The notes under the pieces were generated by a model. The model was not told where the DNA came from. It saw nothing but the letters and a program-made list of their open reading frames with translations, and searched no databases. A stretch of 64,000 nt of DNA from Perkinsela sp. CCAP 1560/9 (lineage: Eukaryota; Protista; Euglenozoa: Kinetoplastea): the NCBI GenBank assembly GCA_965644495.1, contig CBFFSA010000005.1, positions 372,001 through 436,000 on the forward strand. The letters are read 5' to 3'. The translations under genes were made by a program, and so were the position numbers. Below are positions 10,101 through 23,085 of this stretch, piece after piece (position 1 is the first letter of the stretch; every line of letters starts with the position of its first letter).

Positions 10101-11285
10101 ATGGGTATTGATGGACTCAGCAAAGTAATCGCGGAGAAGGCCATTCACGGGTTGAAAAAGCAGGACATCAAAAGTTACTTTGGTCGTCGCATTGCTCTGG
10201 ATGCCTCCTGCGCGATCTACCAGTTCCTTATCGCACTAAAAGGCTTCTCCGAGGGTCAGGGTACGGAACTCACCAATGAGGCCGGGGAGGTGACCTCCCA
10301 CCTTGTGGGGCTCTGGAGCCGCACACTTCGAATGGTCAGCGAGGGGATTAAACCGATTTACGTGTTTGATGGCAAGCCTCCCGACATGAAGTCGCATGAG
10401 ATCTCCCGGAGGAACAAACTCGCGGCGGATGCGGCCACCGGGTTGCAAGTCGCGACTGAGTTAAAAGATGACGCCATGATGGAGCGCATGAGCAAACGCA
10501 TGGTGCGCGTCACCCGGGAGCAGAACGAGGAGTGTAAGAAACTGCTACGGCTGATGGGGATGCCTGTGGTGGAGGCGCCGGAGGAGGCGGAGGCCCAGTG
10601 CGTAGAGCTTGTCCGCGGGGGCAAGGCGTGGGCCGTGGGGACGGAGGACATGGATGCCCTGACGTTTGGCGCCACGGTTATGCTGCGTCACCTGAACTAT
10701 TCCCAGTCCGGTGGGATTATGGAGTACCATCTGGAGGAGGTGCTGCGTGATCTGAAGTTGACCCGGGAGCAGTTTATTGACTTTTGTGTGCTGCTTGGGT
10801 GTGATTACACTGGGAAGGTTGCGGGGATAGGTCCCGTGCGAGCGCTGGAGGGAATACTTCAATATGGGAGTATGGAAAAGCTATTGGAGAACTTAGATCC
10901 GGAGAAACATCCATGGACGCCGGAAAACTTTAATTATGTCGCCGCTCGAAGGCTTTTTCAAAACCCAGTTGTGAATAAGGCAGAGGATTTGCTCATAGAT
11001 TTTACTGAGCCCGACGTCGAAGGACTAAAAGAATTCCTTGTCAAGGAAAAATTATTTTCTGAAGAACGCGTATCGCGCGGTATCCAAAAATTAATGGATG
11101 CGCGGAAGACGAAGACTCAAGGTCGGTTGGATACTTTTTTTAAGACTGCCCACAAGATTTCATCAACCCCCTTCGGAGGGGAGGATGAGAAAAAAAACAA
11201 GCGAACTACGAAGGCGTCACTTCCCTCAGGAAAGCTTGTTAAGAAAGGACATGCGGGAGGAAAGAAAGGAGTTGCAAAAAACTAA
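10101..11285 (+). CDS. FEN1: Flap endonuclease 1
   Basis: MGIDGLSK, YVFDGKPP, EAEAQC, EDMDALTFG, LLGCDY and PIP box QGRLDTFF. Confidence 0.97.
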   Translation: MGIDGLSKVIAEKAIHGLKKQDIKSYFGRRIALDASCAIYQFLIALKGFSEGQGTELTNEAGEVTSHLVGLWSRTLRMVSEGIKPIYVFDGKPPDMKSHEISRRNKLAADAATGLQVATELKDDAMMERMSKRMVRVTREQNEECKKLLRLMGMPVVEAPEEAEAQCVELVRGGKAWAVGTEDMDALTFGATVMLRHLNYSQSGGIMEYHLEEVLRDLKLTREQFIDFCVLLGCDYTGKVAGIGPVRALEGILQYGSMEKLLENLDPEKHPWTPENFNYVAARRLFQNPVVNKAEDLLIDFTEPDVEGLKEFLVKEKLFSEERVSRGIQKLMDARKTKTQGRLDTFFKTAHKISSTPFGGEDEKKNKRTTKASLPSGKLVKKGHAGGKKGVAKN

Positions 11286-11627
11286 GGAGCGAGGTTTTAA
11301 TGGTTTCCCTTGATCAGAACTCTTTTAGGGTATCGTGCAGTTTCAATAGCTATTATACCAAGTTGTAGCACTGAACATTCGCACGTTTTTTCTACAGTGT
11401 AGTAGAGTGTCGTGAAAGGACGGTGTCAGGCTCGTGGATTCTAAGTGTAGTATAGTAGAGTTTAGTTCTCAAAGGTGGCTTTGAAAAGGGAATTCATGAT
11501 TCTGTCTTTGGAATAGGTTTTTTTCACATCATAGCAAAAGTCCCCTTTCACGTCATACAAGTATGTCGCAAATACGCATAAGAAAAAATTTTAGTAATAC
11601 GGTCAAAACTAAGAATGTTTATTTAGT

Positions 11628-12125
11628 ATGCAGTCGCCAGAGTTAGTAAAGGAAGCTTCATTTTCGAAGAAAGTAGGAACCTTAAAAGAACTACCAAGCA
11701 CTCCTCATAGTACGAACCGTCCGTTAATGCGGCAAGGTCTTGCGGATATTACGAATCTGTCTCCACACATTTCCGGAGTGCACTCGATCAAAGACCCAAT
11801 GCTGCTCAAAGGCTGTAGCCCACAAGAAAGTCAGTATCAGACTTCAGCTTCGGTTCCTAGTCGCACTAAGAATAATATTTCACTATTCCCTGATCCCTCT
11901 GCCCTTGCCAATAGTACAGAAATACTAAATACCGGTAAGGAATTTCCGCCCGTTGAAACACAGGATACTTCAAGGCCCGCACAATGGGACGTAGCTGATC
12001 TTAGAATCTTGATAGATGAGAGGGCTCTCAAAAGGTCAACCGGAATGGAACTCGAAGAAAACTACGATTGTGTTCCTGATTTACCTGACCCACTTGAATA
12101 CATTTCTGCTTATCCAGTTCTATAG
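11628..12125 (+). CDS. Small disordered protein with a destruction-box-like motif
   Basis: 165-aa ATG ORF in cluster orientation; RQGLADITN fits RxxLxxIxN; acidic C-terminus. Confidence 0.55.
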   Translation: MQSPELVKEASFSKKVGTLKELPSTPHSTNRPLMRQGLADITNLSPHISGVHSIKDPMLLKGCSPQESQYQTSASVPSRTKNNISLFPDPSALANSTEILNTGKEFPPVETQDTSRPAQWDVADLRILIDERALKRSTGMELEENYDCVPDLPDPLEYISAYPVL

Positions 12126-12502
12126 AGTTCAAGCATGTAGTCCTGTAGATAGGTCCTGTTCTTGCCCTTAGGAAAATAGCACAATTATCTAGTTTTCTGG
12201 ATAATGAACTTCGAGGAAAACAAATCTTTCATTCGCTCTAACTCCGATGAATGGCGCAGAACTTTAGCTAGTGCTTAAAATTCGGATATTTTTTCCTTTT
12301 CACAAAGTTTGACACCAAATTTGTAGATAACTTCTAAAGGGAACACACTTGACAACAGTTGTTCTGTCATACATGCCGTATACTTTTATGCTTTTATTAC
12401 TCAAAACTTGTAACCCGCATCCCGAATTATACTTCGAAAGTCATTTTCACTACTAGTAAACCCTTTTTATCTTTCCCGGGTATCCATTTTTCTTTTTGTT
12501 TC

Positions 12503-13903
12503 ATGAGCAGCCGTACCTTGTACATTCTTTACGAGAGTGCTACCGGGTACGCGGTGTTTCAGCAATTGCGCGCTGAGGAAATTGGCATCACGGATATCGC
12601 TCTTCAGCAATCCTATCAGGACCTCTCCACCTTTCGTACTGTTGTAAAACTCGTGAGCTTTGCACCGTTCCGTACCGCCGAGGAGGCTCTGGAGAATTGC
12701 AACTGTGTCGCGGAGGGGCTGATGACGGATTACCTGCAGCAATTTCTCTCCCAGCTTTTCGCACGGAAGTTAAAGAAAGGGTCGGCGTTTGAACTCGGGG
12801 TAAGCGCCACCACCCTGGGGGCTGTGATCCATGATACACTTCAAATTCCGGTGGTTTCTACAGAGCACGTGCTGGAGCTCTCACGTTGTATTCGCCTACA
12901 CGCGGGTAAATTGCTACCTTCTCATCAGCCGGGGGATATTGAGCGCGCACAGTGTGGTCTTACCCACGCGTACAGCCGCAACAAAGTGAAGTTCAACGTT
13001 CATCGGGTGGACAACATGGTGATTCAGGCTATTGCGCTGATTGATCACATGGATAAGGGAATTAACCAGCTTGCGATGCGCGTCAAGGAGTGGTACGGGT
13101 GGCATTTCCCAGAGCTCGCACGTGCTCTTCCGGATATTCTTCCTTACGCTAAAGTTGCTCTTACCCTTGGTGATCTTGATCAAATCCCCGATGTGGGGAA
13201 GGATCAGGAACTGGATGAAAAGCTGCGTGAAATTTTGCAGTTCTACGGTTTGGATGAAGGACTTGCGCAGACGATTTTGGAGCGCGCCCGGACCTCCATG
13301 GGAACACAAGTGTCGGAGTTGGACATGTTGAATATTATGGCCTATGCACGTAAGGTTGCGGATCTAGCTGAGTACCGCACTCGACTGACTGGGTACCTCA
13401 CGCAAAAGCTAAAAGTAATTGCGCCGAACTTGACGACTCTGCTGGATGAACGTATTGCAGCGCGGCTGATTAGTCGCACTGGGTCACTTACGAGCCTTGC
13501 CAAAGCTCCAGCATCGACGATTCAAATTCTTGGGGCCGAAAAGGCACTGTTCCGGGCGCTCAAAAAGAAGGGCAAAACACCGAAGTATGGATTGATTTTC
13601 AACTCGAGCTTTATTTCGCGCGCGTCGAAACCGAACAAGGGGCGCATCTCTCGGTTTCTTGCAAATAAGTGTGCAATCGCGGCCCGCTTAGATTGCTTCA
13701 TGGAAAAACCTACCTCTATCTTTGGAGGCGTCTTACGGAATCAATTGGAGGGTCGCTTGGGATTCCTTGAAGACAAAAGTACGAGTCCGATATCAAACCG
13801 TGAGGCAATGAAGGAAGCTATCGAACGATATAAAAAATTGGTGGAAAAGCGGGTACGAAAGGCGAAAGAAAAAGCAGCTCTAAAAGAGCAAATGGCATCT
13901 TAA
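12503..13903 (+). CDS. NOP56: Nucleolar protein 56 (box C/D snoRNP)
   Basis: LYILYESATGYAVF, HAYSRNKVKFNVHRVDNMVIQAI, EWYGWHFPEL and ASTIQILGAEKALFRALK..GKTPKYGLIF; probable ATG at 12503. Confidence 0.95.
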   Translation: MSSRTLYILYESATGYAVFQQLRAEEIGITDIALQQSYQDLSTFRTVVKLVSFAPFRTAEEALENCNCVAEGLMTDYLQQFLSQLFARKLKKGSAFELGVSATTLGAVIHDTLQIPVVSTEHVLELSRCIRLHAGKLLPSHQPGDIERAQCGLTHAYSRNKVKFNVHRVDNMVIQAIALIDHMDKGINQLAMRVKEWYGWHFPELARALPDILPYAKVALTLGDLDQIPDVGKDQELDEKLREILQFYGLDEGLAQTILERARTSMGTQVSELDMLNIMAYARKVADLAEYRTRLTGYLTQKLKVIAPNLTTLLDERIAARLISRTGSLTSLAKAPASTIQILGAEKALFRALKKKGKTPKYGLIFNSSFISRASKPNKGRISRFLANKCAIAARLDCFMEKPTSIFGGVLRNQLEGRLGFLEDKSTSPISNREAMKEAIERYKKLVEKRVRKAKEKAALKEQMAS

Positions 13904-14315
13904 TATCTGAACGTTTTTAGAAATATACCTTAATTCAATGACAAACATGGCATTTCGCTCTTTAATTTTATTTCTTAAAAGCTAAGCTTGAAAACAGGAA
14001 TCTGTAACATGAAAAATGCATTCCAATATGAACTTAAAATTGTCGCACTGGACTCTATGGTTAAACCTGCAGTTGTGCATAGTGGACATTCAGTAAGCTC
14101 TATCTGTTTTCTCTTTTCTTATGATTATTGATGTATCAAAAAAGAGTTGTACTCAACACACAGCACCAATAACAAGCCTCCTACATTGTAACAGTTTACC
14201 ATCCCCCACTAACCACGCTAACTTCCACAGAAAACTTTCTTTTTTTCTTTTTTGTCTCAGCCTTTTTACTTTCTAACTTCCCCACCACCCCCTTCACCTC
14301 CATGAACCCTCCTAC

Positions 14316-15497
14316 ATGAACCCACCTCACCTCTCTACTCTCCTCTTCGCACTCACTCTCCTCCTCCCGGTGGCACAACCTTACCACCCTCTTTACCCTC
14401 TAGAGGGCTACTCCTCCCCCGCGGATCCCTCCGAGACCCATCCCCCTTCTCATCCTGAGGAAGACCAGCCGCCCCCCTCCCTCCCTCCCCCCACAGGCAT
14501 CCACGAGGAGGACTACTTCGGTTCCGACGGGTACAAGTACGTCACCCCGAGCCCACGCGCCCAGGAAACCCGGAAAGCGCGAAAAGCAGCAGCTGCTGCT
14601 GCGCAAAAAGAAAAACAAAAAGATAAGGAAGAAGCCAACAAAGATAAGAAAGAATCCAACAAAGATAAGAAAGAAGCCAACCAAGATAAGAAAGAAGCCA
14701 ACAAAGATAAGAAAGAAGCCAACCAAGATAAGAAAGAAGCCAACCAAGATAAGAAAGAAGCCAACCAAGATAAGAAAGAAGCCAACCAAGATAAGAAAGA
14801 AGCCAACCAAGATAAGGAGGCAGAAGAAAACCATAAAACAACAACAACAACAGCAACAACAACCCCATTTTCGAACCCAAAAGAAAGCCACTACGCGGTC
14901 GACACCAACGTGTTGCATTACCCGTTCCCCGATGGGGCGGCTCTCCCGGTGGTGGCGCCCGGGGCCGCGGGGGATGAGGACATGGAGGAGATGGATCTGT
15001 TCTCGGATCTCACCCTGGAGAGCGCGGCGCCGTACTTCCCCCCACTCCCGCGGGCGAGAGGGGGGAGGAACCGGGAGGCGGGGAGGGTGCGGGCGAAGAC
15101 GATTTATGAGTACCTGGAGGATATTATCCACGAGCGGCTGCGGAGGTGTAGTCGACGGTGTAAGTGCTGGGGGTATGACATATGGCTCGGGTCGCTTCCG
15201 GGGGAGGCCAGGGGGTGGGTGACGGGGAAGAGCTACCGACGGATTCTGCAGGAGACGCATCTGCAGATGAGGGACCGACTGGATATGTGTGGGTGTTCCA
15301 TGTATGTGGTGTGTCGTCACCTGCCGGAGAGTGTGCTCGCCAGGCATGTGAAGGATGAGGAGTATATTGTGTATGAGGATGTGTACCGTGAGCTGCAGTG
15401 GGTGGATCGTATGATACGCAAGAGCGTGGGCCTGTGCTGTTATGCGAAACAGGGTAACGTGAACGGGTATGAGAAGAAAATATACGCGGTATTGTAG
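14316..15497 (+). CDS. Secreted/surface hypothetical protein with heptad KKEANQD repeats, a Thr tract and a Cys-containing C-terminal domain
   Basis: Signal peptide LSTLLFALTLLLPVAQP; about 9 copies of KKEAN(Q/K)D; TTTTTATTT. Confidence 0.7.
   Translation: MNPPHLSTLLFALTLLLPVAQPYHPLYPLEGYSSPADPSETHPPSHPEEDQPPPSLPPPTGIHEEDYFGSDGYKYVTPSPRAQETRKARKAAAAAAQKEKQKDKEEANKDKKESNKDKKEANQDKKEANKDKKEANQDKKEANQDKKEANQDKKEANQDKKEANQDKEAEENHKTTTTTATTTPFSNPKESHYAVDTNVLHYPFPDGAALPVVAPGAAGDEDMEEMDLFSDLTLESAAPYFPPLPRARGGRNREAGRVRAKTIYEYLEDIIHERLRRCSRRCKCWGYDIWLGSLPGEARGWVTGKSYRRILQETHLQMRDRLDMCGCSMYVVCRHLPESVLARHVKDEEYIVYEDVYRELQWVDRMIRKSVGLCCYAKQGNVNGYEKKIYAVL
14620..14817 (+). repeat. 21-bp coding minisatellite
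   Basis: (AAGATAAGAAAGAAGCCAAC[C/A])n, about 9 units. Confidence 0.95.
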
Positions 15498-15695
15498 ACA
15501 GGTTACATTGGTTATGTTCCATTGTAGGAAACTGTTGTGGTTTTCGCGTATTTCGGGTTCTTTTTAACCCAAGCGAACCACTTTTTTGTGAAATTGTTTT
15601 ATCATGCACTTATAGTGCAGAGATTTACTCACCATGTCCTTATCCCGCATACGACGGGTGGATCATTTGAGGTTTCGTCCTCGCCGGAGGTGTGC

Positions 15696-15858
15696 GGGTG
15701 CGGAGAGCTGGCGTCCCAGGTGCAGAGAGCTCGGTTGTCATGTGCAGGTGCAGAGAGTCGGATGCGTAATCCCCAAAATTTCGGGGGCAATCCGGGTGCA
15801 GAGAGCTGCGACAGAGCCGAGGTGCGGAGAGCTGGGCGACCGCCAGGTGCAGAGAACC
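15696..15858 (+). repeat. Six copies of RGGTGCRGAGAR separated by unique spacers
   Basis: Copies near 15696, 15718, 15746, 15794, 15820 and 15845. Confidence 0.8.
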
Positions 15859-16299
15859 GAGTCTCGTCGGCGGAGGACACGTCTAGTGGTCCTCAAGGGA
15901 GGCCACCGTGACGCATGGCCCTCTCGGAGAGGAAAAAGACAAGTCGAAAAAAGCCGAGAGGGGGGAGCACACTCACTCCAGGGGAGTGAGTCGGGGAGGG
16001 GTGAAGGGGTGAAAGCGCGTCCCCTGCTTCAGCGACAAGAGGGACAGTTCCGACCTTAGTGCCGGCCGGCAACGGGCATAAAAATACAGTAACAGTATGC
16101 CCGTTGCCGGGGAAAGAAAGGATTAACTAAGGAAAAAGTACCAACAAGGTACAGAAACTGTATCTTTAAATATGTATTGTACTTTAAATATAAAAAACAT
16201 GCATAGTAATTTGACACGTATTTTTTCACACAGCTACTCTTTTGTATTTGTTTCATATGCTATAAAACAATAGACACAGAACCTCACGACCACCAAACA

Positions 16300-19028
<2,729 letters not shown>

Positions 19029-19230
19029 TCAGATTAGTTGTTCTATCTTTTGTAATTTATCGTCAAGAATATCATTCTGAATCTCTAAGAATATCATTCC
19101 GTTCTTTGCTTGGTTTCTTCTGCCCGAAGTTTTTTTGTTGTATAAGTACTGTATATTCGTCCGTATTTACTACTACTCTCCAGGGGACTCAATTTTTTCT
19201 CAATACCTAACAAATATTTCCTCTAGAAAA

Positions 19231-19476
19231 ATGGATTCAAACAAGACAGAAGAAGTGGAGAACTCTTCTAGACATAGAGTGCAAGATGAGGTCGATTGCG
19301 ATCTCTCCCAATTTGATGAAGGGTATCTTTACAAACGTGCCCTAGTTCGGACAGGATCTGATCCTAAGAAAAAATTTACCATCGATGAAAGACAGATTAT
19401 TGAAGCTCTTCGCGATCCTTGGGAAGAACTTGAGAGGTTACAAATCGTTCAAGTAAATGCCAGTAATCATTCATGA
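19231..19476 (+). CDS. Small acidic hypothetical protein
   Basis: 81-aa ATG ORF on the cluster strand. Confidence 0.35.
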   Translation: MDSNKTEEVENSSRHRVQDEVDCDLSQFDEGYLYKRALVRTGSDPKKKFTIDERQIIEALRDPWEELERLQIVQVNASNHS

Positions 19477-19774
19477 AGTACAATTGTTCAATCGTGAGGT
19501 ATTTGCTTTCAGATGCTCGTATTAGGAATGCTAAAAACGATATTCGCAAATGTTTTTCGGCATATAAACTTAAGGTGGGCACTTCTTTCATCAAAATTCA
19601 AGTAATTTTTCCCTCAGAAATTCAACATTTTTTATCTTTGCTTTGCCTCTTTGCTTGAGATCCACCCAAATCATCCTTCAGTATTCCCCTTTTTGGATGA
19701 TTTTTTCATCAAAATAGCAAGCCTAACGCGCACACAGTCCCTAAAGAGCCAAAAACGAGCACAAGAGCAAAGAC

Positions 19775-19903
19775 CGCGCCGCGAAGCGGCGCGAAAACAT
19801 TTTTGGTCCTTTTCTGCTAATTTTTTAATATTCCTATACCTCTTAATATTCCTATACCTCTTAATATTCCTATACCCTCCTAATATTCCTACCAGGAATA
19901 TTA
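19775..19903. repeat. GCGAAGC hairpin plus an 18-bp tandem array (probable transposon subterminus)
   Basis: CGCGCCGCGAAGCGGCGCG, then (TAATATTCCTATACCTCT)x3-4 ending in the palindrome TAATATTCCT-ACC-AGGAATATTA. Confidence 0.7.
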
Positions 19904-20339
19904 ACCCGGACAGTGGTTTACTTTAAAGTAGTACTTTTCTTCACGGCCCGCGGAAACTTTTTAAAAGCTGAAAAACTTTTTTCAGGTCATTGAAAAGGTC
20001 GGAGTCCAACGGAGTTTGAATGCTGTAATAACTTTCGGGCCACTCAATGAGCGTGTGCATGCTCTGACGCGAACTCCTCGACTACACGGCGGATGTTTCC
20101 CAAAAATTCATCACTACCGTCGACTCCCCACCAGTAATAAACCCCCGGGTACAAGGATTGAGCCCTTTTTGGGCTGACCCCCATTAAGGAGGATTTGAAC
20201 CCAAGTAACAGAGGTTTGGCTCGGAAGGCTATCTGGCTGGGGAGGCAGGCGTCGGGGGTGTCTGAGTGAGGAGATAATGGATGGGCGAGGCGGGGGTGTC
20301 TTGGTGAGCGGAGAATGGATGGACCAAAAGACACTAAAA

Positions 20340-20600
20340 TATAGTATGATACAGTATAATATCGACTTGATAATGATGATATCCTCCACGTTCGTAACGT
20401 TCTCCATGAAGAATTGGGGTGAATGAACAAACCACACGGTGTACCCAATTTCGTTTTCGTCAACAATCATCAACCCCTTTCTTTCCTGATCCCGCATCCG
20501 ACACCATGTGAGCATCAAAGACGCGCTCAGAGTGCAGTTCACCCAATGTTTCTTCAAGCAGAAATTTGAATGCGGTGGCATCAGTAGGTACACTCCCTTT
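20340..20600 (-). pseudogene. Possible MULE-type transposase remnant
   Basis: Minus frame PTDATAFKFLLEETLGEL...MVSDAGSGKKGVDDC*RKRNWVHRVVCSF loosely resembles the MULE segment WFL...ISD..KG......HR.C; weak. Confidence 0.25.
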
Positions 20601-20602
20601 TT

Positions 20603-20832
20603 ATTTCTTTCCTACACCTCACTCGGTCTATAGTCAACTAATCGACTACTAAACCTTGATACAGCTTTTTTTGCTTGTAATCTATTAGATCAGCTTCTAA
20701 TGATGAGAAACCATGAATCTTTTTTGATAGTTTACATGACAATCAGAACAGGTAACCCCGTGACTGAAACTTCAATTTTTGAGTGTAAAAAATATTTGTG
20801 CTTCGTATCAGGAACTGTTTCTTTACAACTAA
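20603..20832. repeat. About 230-bp dispersed repeat, copy 2
   Basis: Aligns with 6485..6716. Confidence 0.9.
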
Positions 20833-20975
20833 TACCTTGGAAAAACCAAAAATTGCACCTGTCTTGATTTTTTGTTAACCTGGTTCCTTTTTTTGATTAG
20901 GCTTTGTTAGGCTTTTTTGCCGAATTATTTATACTAATTTTTTAAACAAATTATATACAAGGAGTTTCTGGAGAC

Positions 20976-22742
20976 ATGCAAGAAGTACGTGAAACATCCT
21001 TGTGGCATGAGAAGTCTTTTCGCATTACGTCTTTGACGCTAGTTATCACAGGTTTGCCGACGGAATACCTCCGAAGTGTTCATTGTTTGCGACAGGCCTT
21101 TGAAGTGTTTGGTGGAGTAGAGTCCGCTAAAGTTCTTTCGCACGGCGAGGGTCGCTTTCCGAAGCCTGTTGCATACTTAACGATGAGAGATCAAAAAGAA
21201 TTTAATGCAGTGCTGGCCATGGGTGTGGTTCCTTTATTTGGTCAGCTATGTCGCGTGACTGAATTTTCTAGTTCACTCTATGCCACTAGTCAGGGGAGTA
21301 GCTACGGAGAGTATACCGCAGAAAAGCATTACGCTTTAACCGCTAAGCAGTACTCCGTCGATGGCGAAAACATTGTAAAAGAGGCTGTGGAAAGCGCTGA
21401 ACTACGTGATTCAATGAAAAATGAAACGCAAACTCGAGAGAGTGAGAGAGAACACATACATGACCCCTCCTTGGCGAAAACGCATCATTCGAAGCAAGTT
21501 GAGCATCCGTCCGACACGCCTCAATTTCCCCGATGGGAAGACGACAAATTATCCCCCCTAGTACATCGTAAAGTCGTTGTGCTACGCAATTCATCGTCCT
21601 CTAAGCAACCTGCACATAAGGTACTGTCACGAACCCCACTAGCTGCGATAAGCCGTATTTTTCGAAACCTCTGGAACACCAGTGCTTCGGTCCCGGGTCC
21701 CGTCTCCAAGAGCCCTCCCTCGGGGAAGCGATTTACGGTGGCTACATGGAACACATTGTACCCTAAATTTACCTCCGCGTGTCGTCAATATTGCCCGGAT
21801 CAGTACCTGCGCTGGCGAGAGCACCGTGCCCCTCGCGTGCTCGCTGCCATACGCGAACTCCGGCCCGCGATCCTGGCGCTCCAGGAGGTGGGCGAACGCA
21901 AATCTTCGGACTACCGCTCCTTTTACGCCCAGCTCGAACGCGAGGGCTACGCCCTGTGTGTCGTCCCTAAAGTCATCTCCGAATCCACCGCCTCTGTCGG
22001 AGGCCGTGACAGCATCTGTCTCGCCTACCTTGTTGACCAATTCCTCCCCGTCGAGGCCTTCGGCACCAAGGGATTCCAAATCATCATGCTCCCCCCCACC
22101 AACTCCCACGTCGGGTGTATTGCCGCCCTCCAACACCGTACCACCCAACGTTACGTCATCGCCGCCACCTCCCACCTTAAAGCGGACAAACTCGAAGAAG
22201 ACACCCGCAAAGTCCAACTCCAAGCCTTACTCCATAAAGTCGCGGAGGCCAACCGCAAGGTCCTCTCCCTTCACCAAGACGACTTTGGCGGTCGCTTGTC
22301 TTCCCGCTCCACCCCCCGGGCCCCCCCACCCCCCTCCCCCCTCCCCCCGTGCGACGCGGTCATCCTCGGGGACTTTAACTCCGAGCCGCGCTGGGGTCTG
22401 CTGCGGGCCGCGACCTCCGCCGCGCTGTGCGCGCCGCTCGGGGGGCTACGGGAGGTCTACAGCGACCACGCCCCCGTGGCGTTCTTCGACAAGCAGTACA
22501 CCTGCCTGATGCCCCACACCCAGGACCAGGTGGACTACGTGTTCCACACGACGGGGCTGGAGGCGACCCGGCTGCTGCGGGTCCCGAGTAACCGCGACGT
22601 GGTGGCGGTGTCCCGGCGTGACTTTATGGGCCACGCCCGGGCGGGGGAGGAGAGGACGGAGCACCTCCCGACCCCGTCCTACCCCTCGGACCATATTCTG
22701 CTGTGGGCGGAGTTTGGGTTCGGGGGGGAGGGGGGGAGGTGA
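20976..22742 (+). CDS. RRM + EEP (CCR4/nocturnin/Angel/PDE12-like) nuclease
   Basis: N-terminal RRM-like LVITGLP...FEVFGGVESAKV...AYLTM; VATWNTL, LALQEV, TSHLKA, ILGDFNSEP, VDYVF and YPSDH. Confidence 0.88.
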   Translation: MQEVRETSLWHEKSFRITSLTLVITGLPTEYLRSVHCLRQAFEVFGGVESAKVLSHGEGRFPKPVAYLTMRDQKEFNAVLAMGVVPLFGQLCRVTEFSSSLYATSQGSSYGEYTAEKHYALTAKQYSVDGENIVKEAVESAELRDSMKNETQTRESEREHIHDPSLAKTHHSKQVEHPSDTPQFPRWEDDKLSPLVHRKVVVLRNSSSSKQPAHKVLSRTPLAAISRIFRNLWNTSASVPGPVSKSPPSGKRFTVATWNTLYPKFTSACRQYCPDQYLRWREHRAPRVLAAIRELRPAILALQEVGERKSSDYRSFYAQLEREGYALCVVPKVISESTASVGGRDSICLAYLVDQFLPVEAFGTKGFQIIMLPPTNSHVGCIAALQHRTTQRYVIAATSHLKADKLEEDTRKVQLQALLHKVAEANRKVLSLHQDDFGGRLSSRSTPRAPPPPSPLPPCDAVILGDFNSEPRWGLLRAATSAALCAPLGGLREVYSDHAPVAFFDKQYTCLMPHTQDQVDYVFHTTGLEATRLLRVPSNRDVVAVSRRDFMGHARAGEERTEHLPTPSYPSDHILLWAEFGFGGEGGR

Positions 22743-23085
22743 GAGAAGGGGGGAAGGGGTGAAAAAAGGGGATAAAAAGAGAACACAGAGGTGGAGAAGA
22801 AGAGATGGAGATGTTTTCAATGTCTTGAAGGCATGAGCAAGAGCACACGTTCTTGATAGCATGAGCGAAAGAAGGTTGGATGAGTGCATTCGTTTTCAAA
22901 GAAATATTACGTGCCTTTCTAGTTTAGTTCATTTTTAGCATTAAAAGCTGCTTTTATAGCGAAGTGAACAGCACACTACTTAATTTTTACCATGTTTCGA
23001 ATGATGAGTTGTTGAACAGGAAATGTGCAATAAACTCAGTATTTCTTTTTTAGATACTTTTTTCTACAATATTTCAGCACGACGC

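Noticed and set aside
15696-15858. CRISPR-like repeat-spacer look
   Set aside because: Repeats are only about 13 nt, spacer lengths vary widely, there are no cas genes and the context is eukaryotic.
20400-20500. DNase II-like motif KGLMIVDE...WFVHS on the minus strand
   Set aside because: The catalytic His of the HxK motif is absent, the match is short, and another frame gives a competing weak match.
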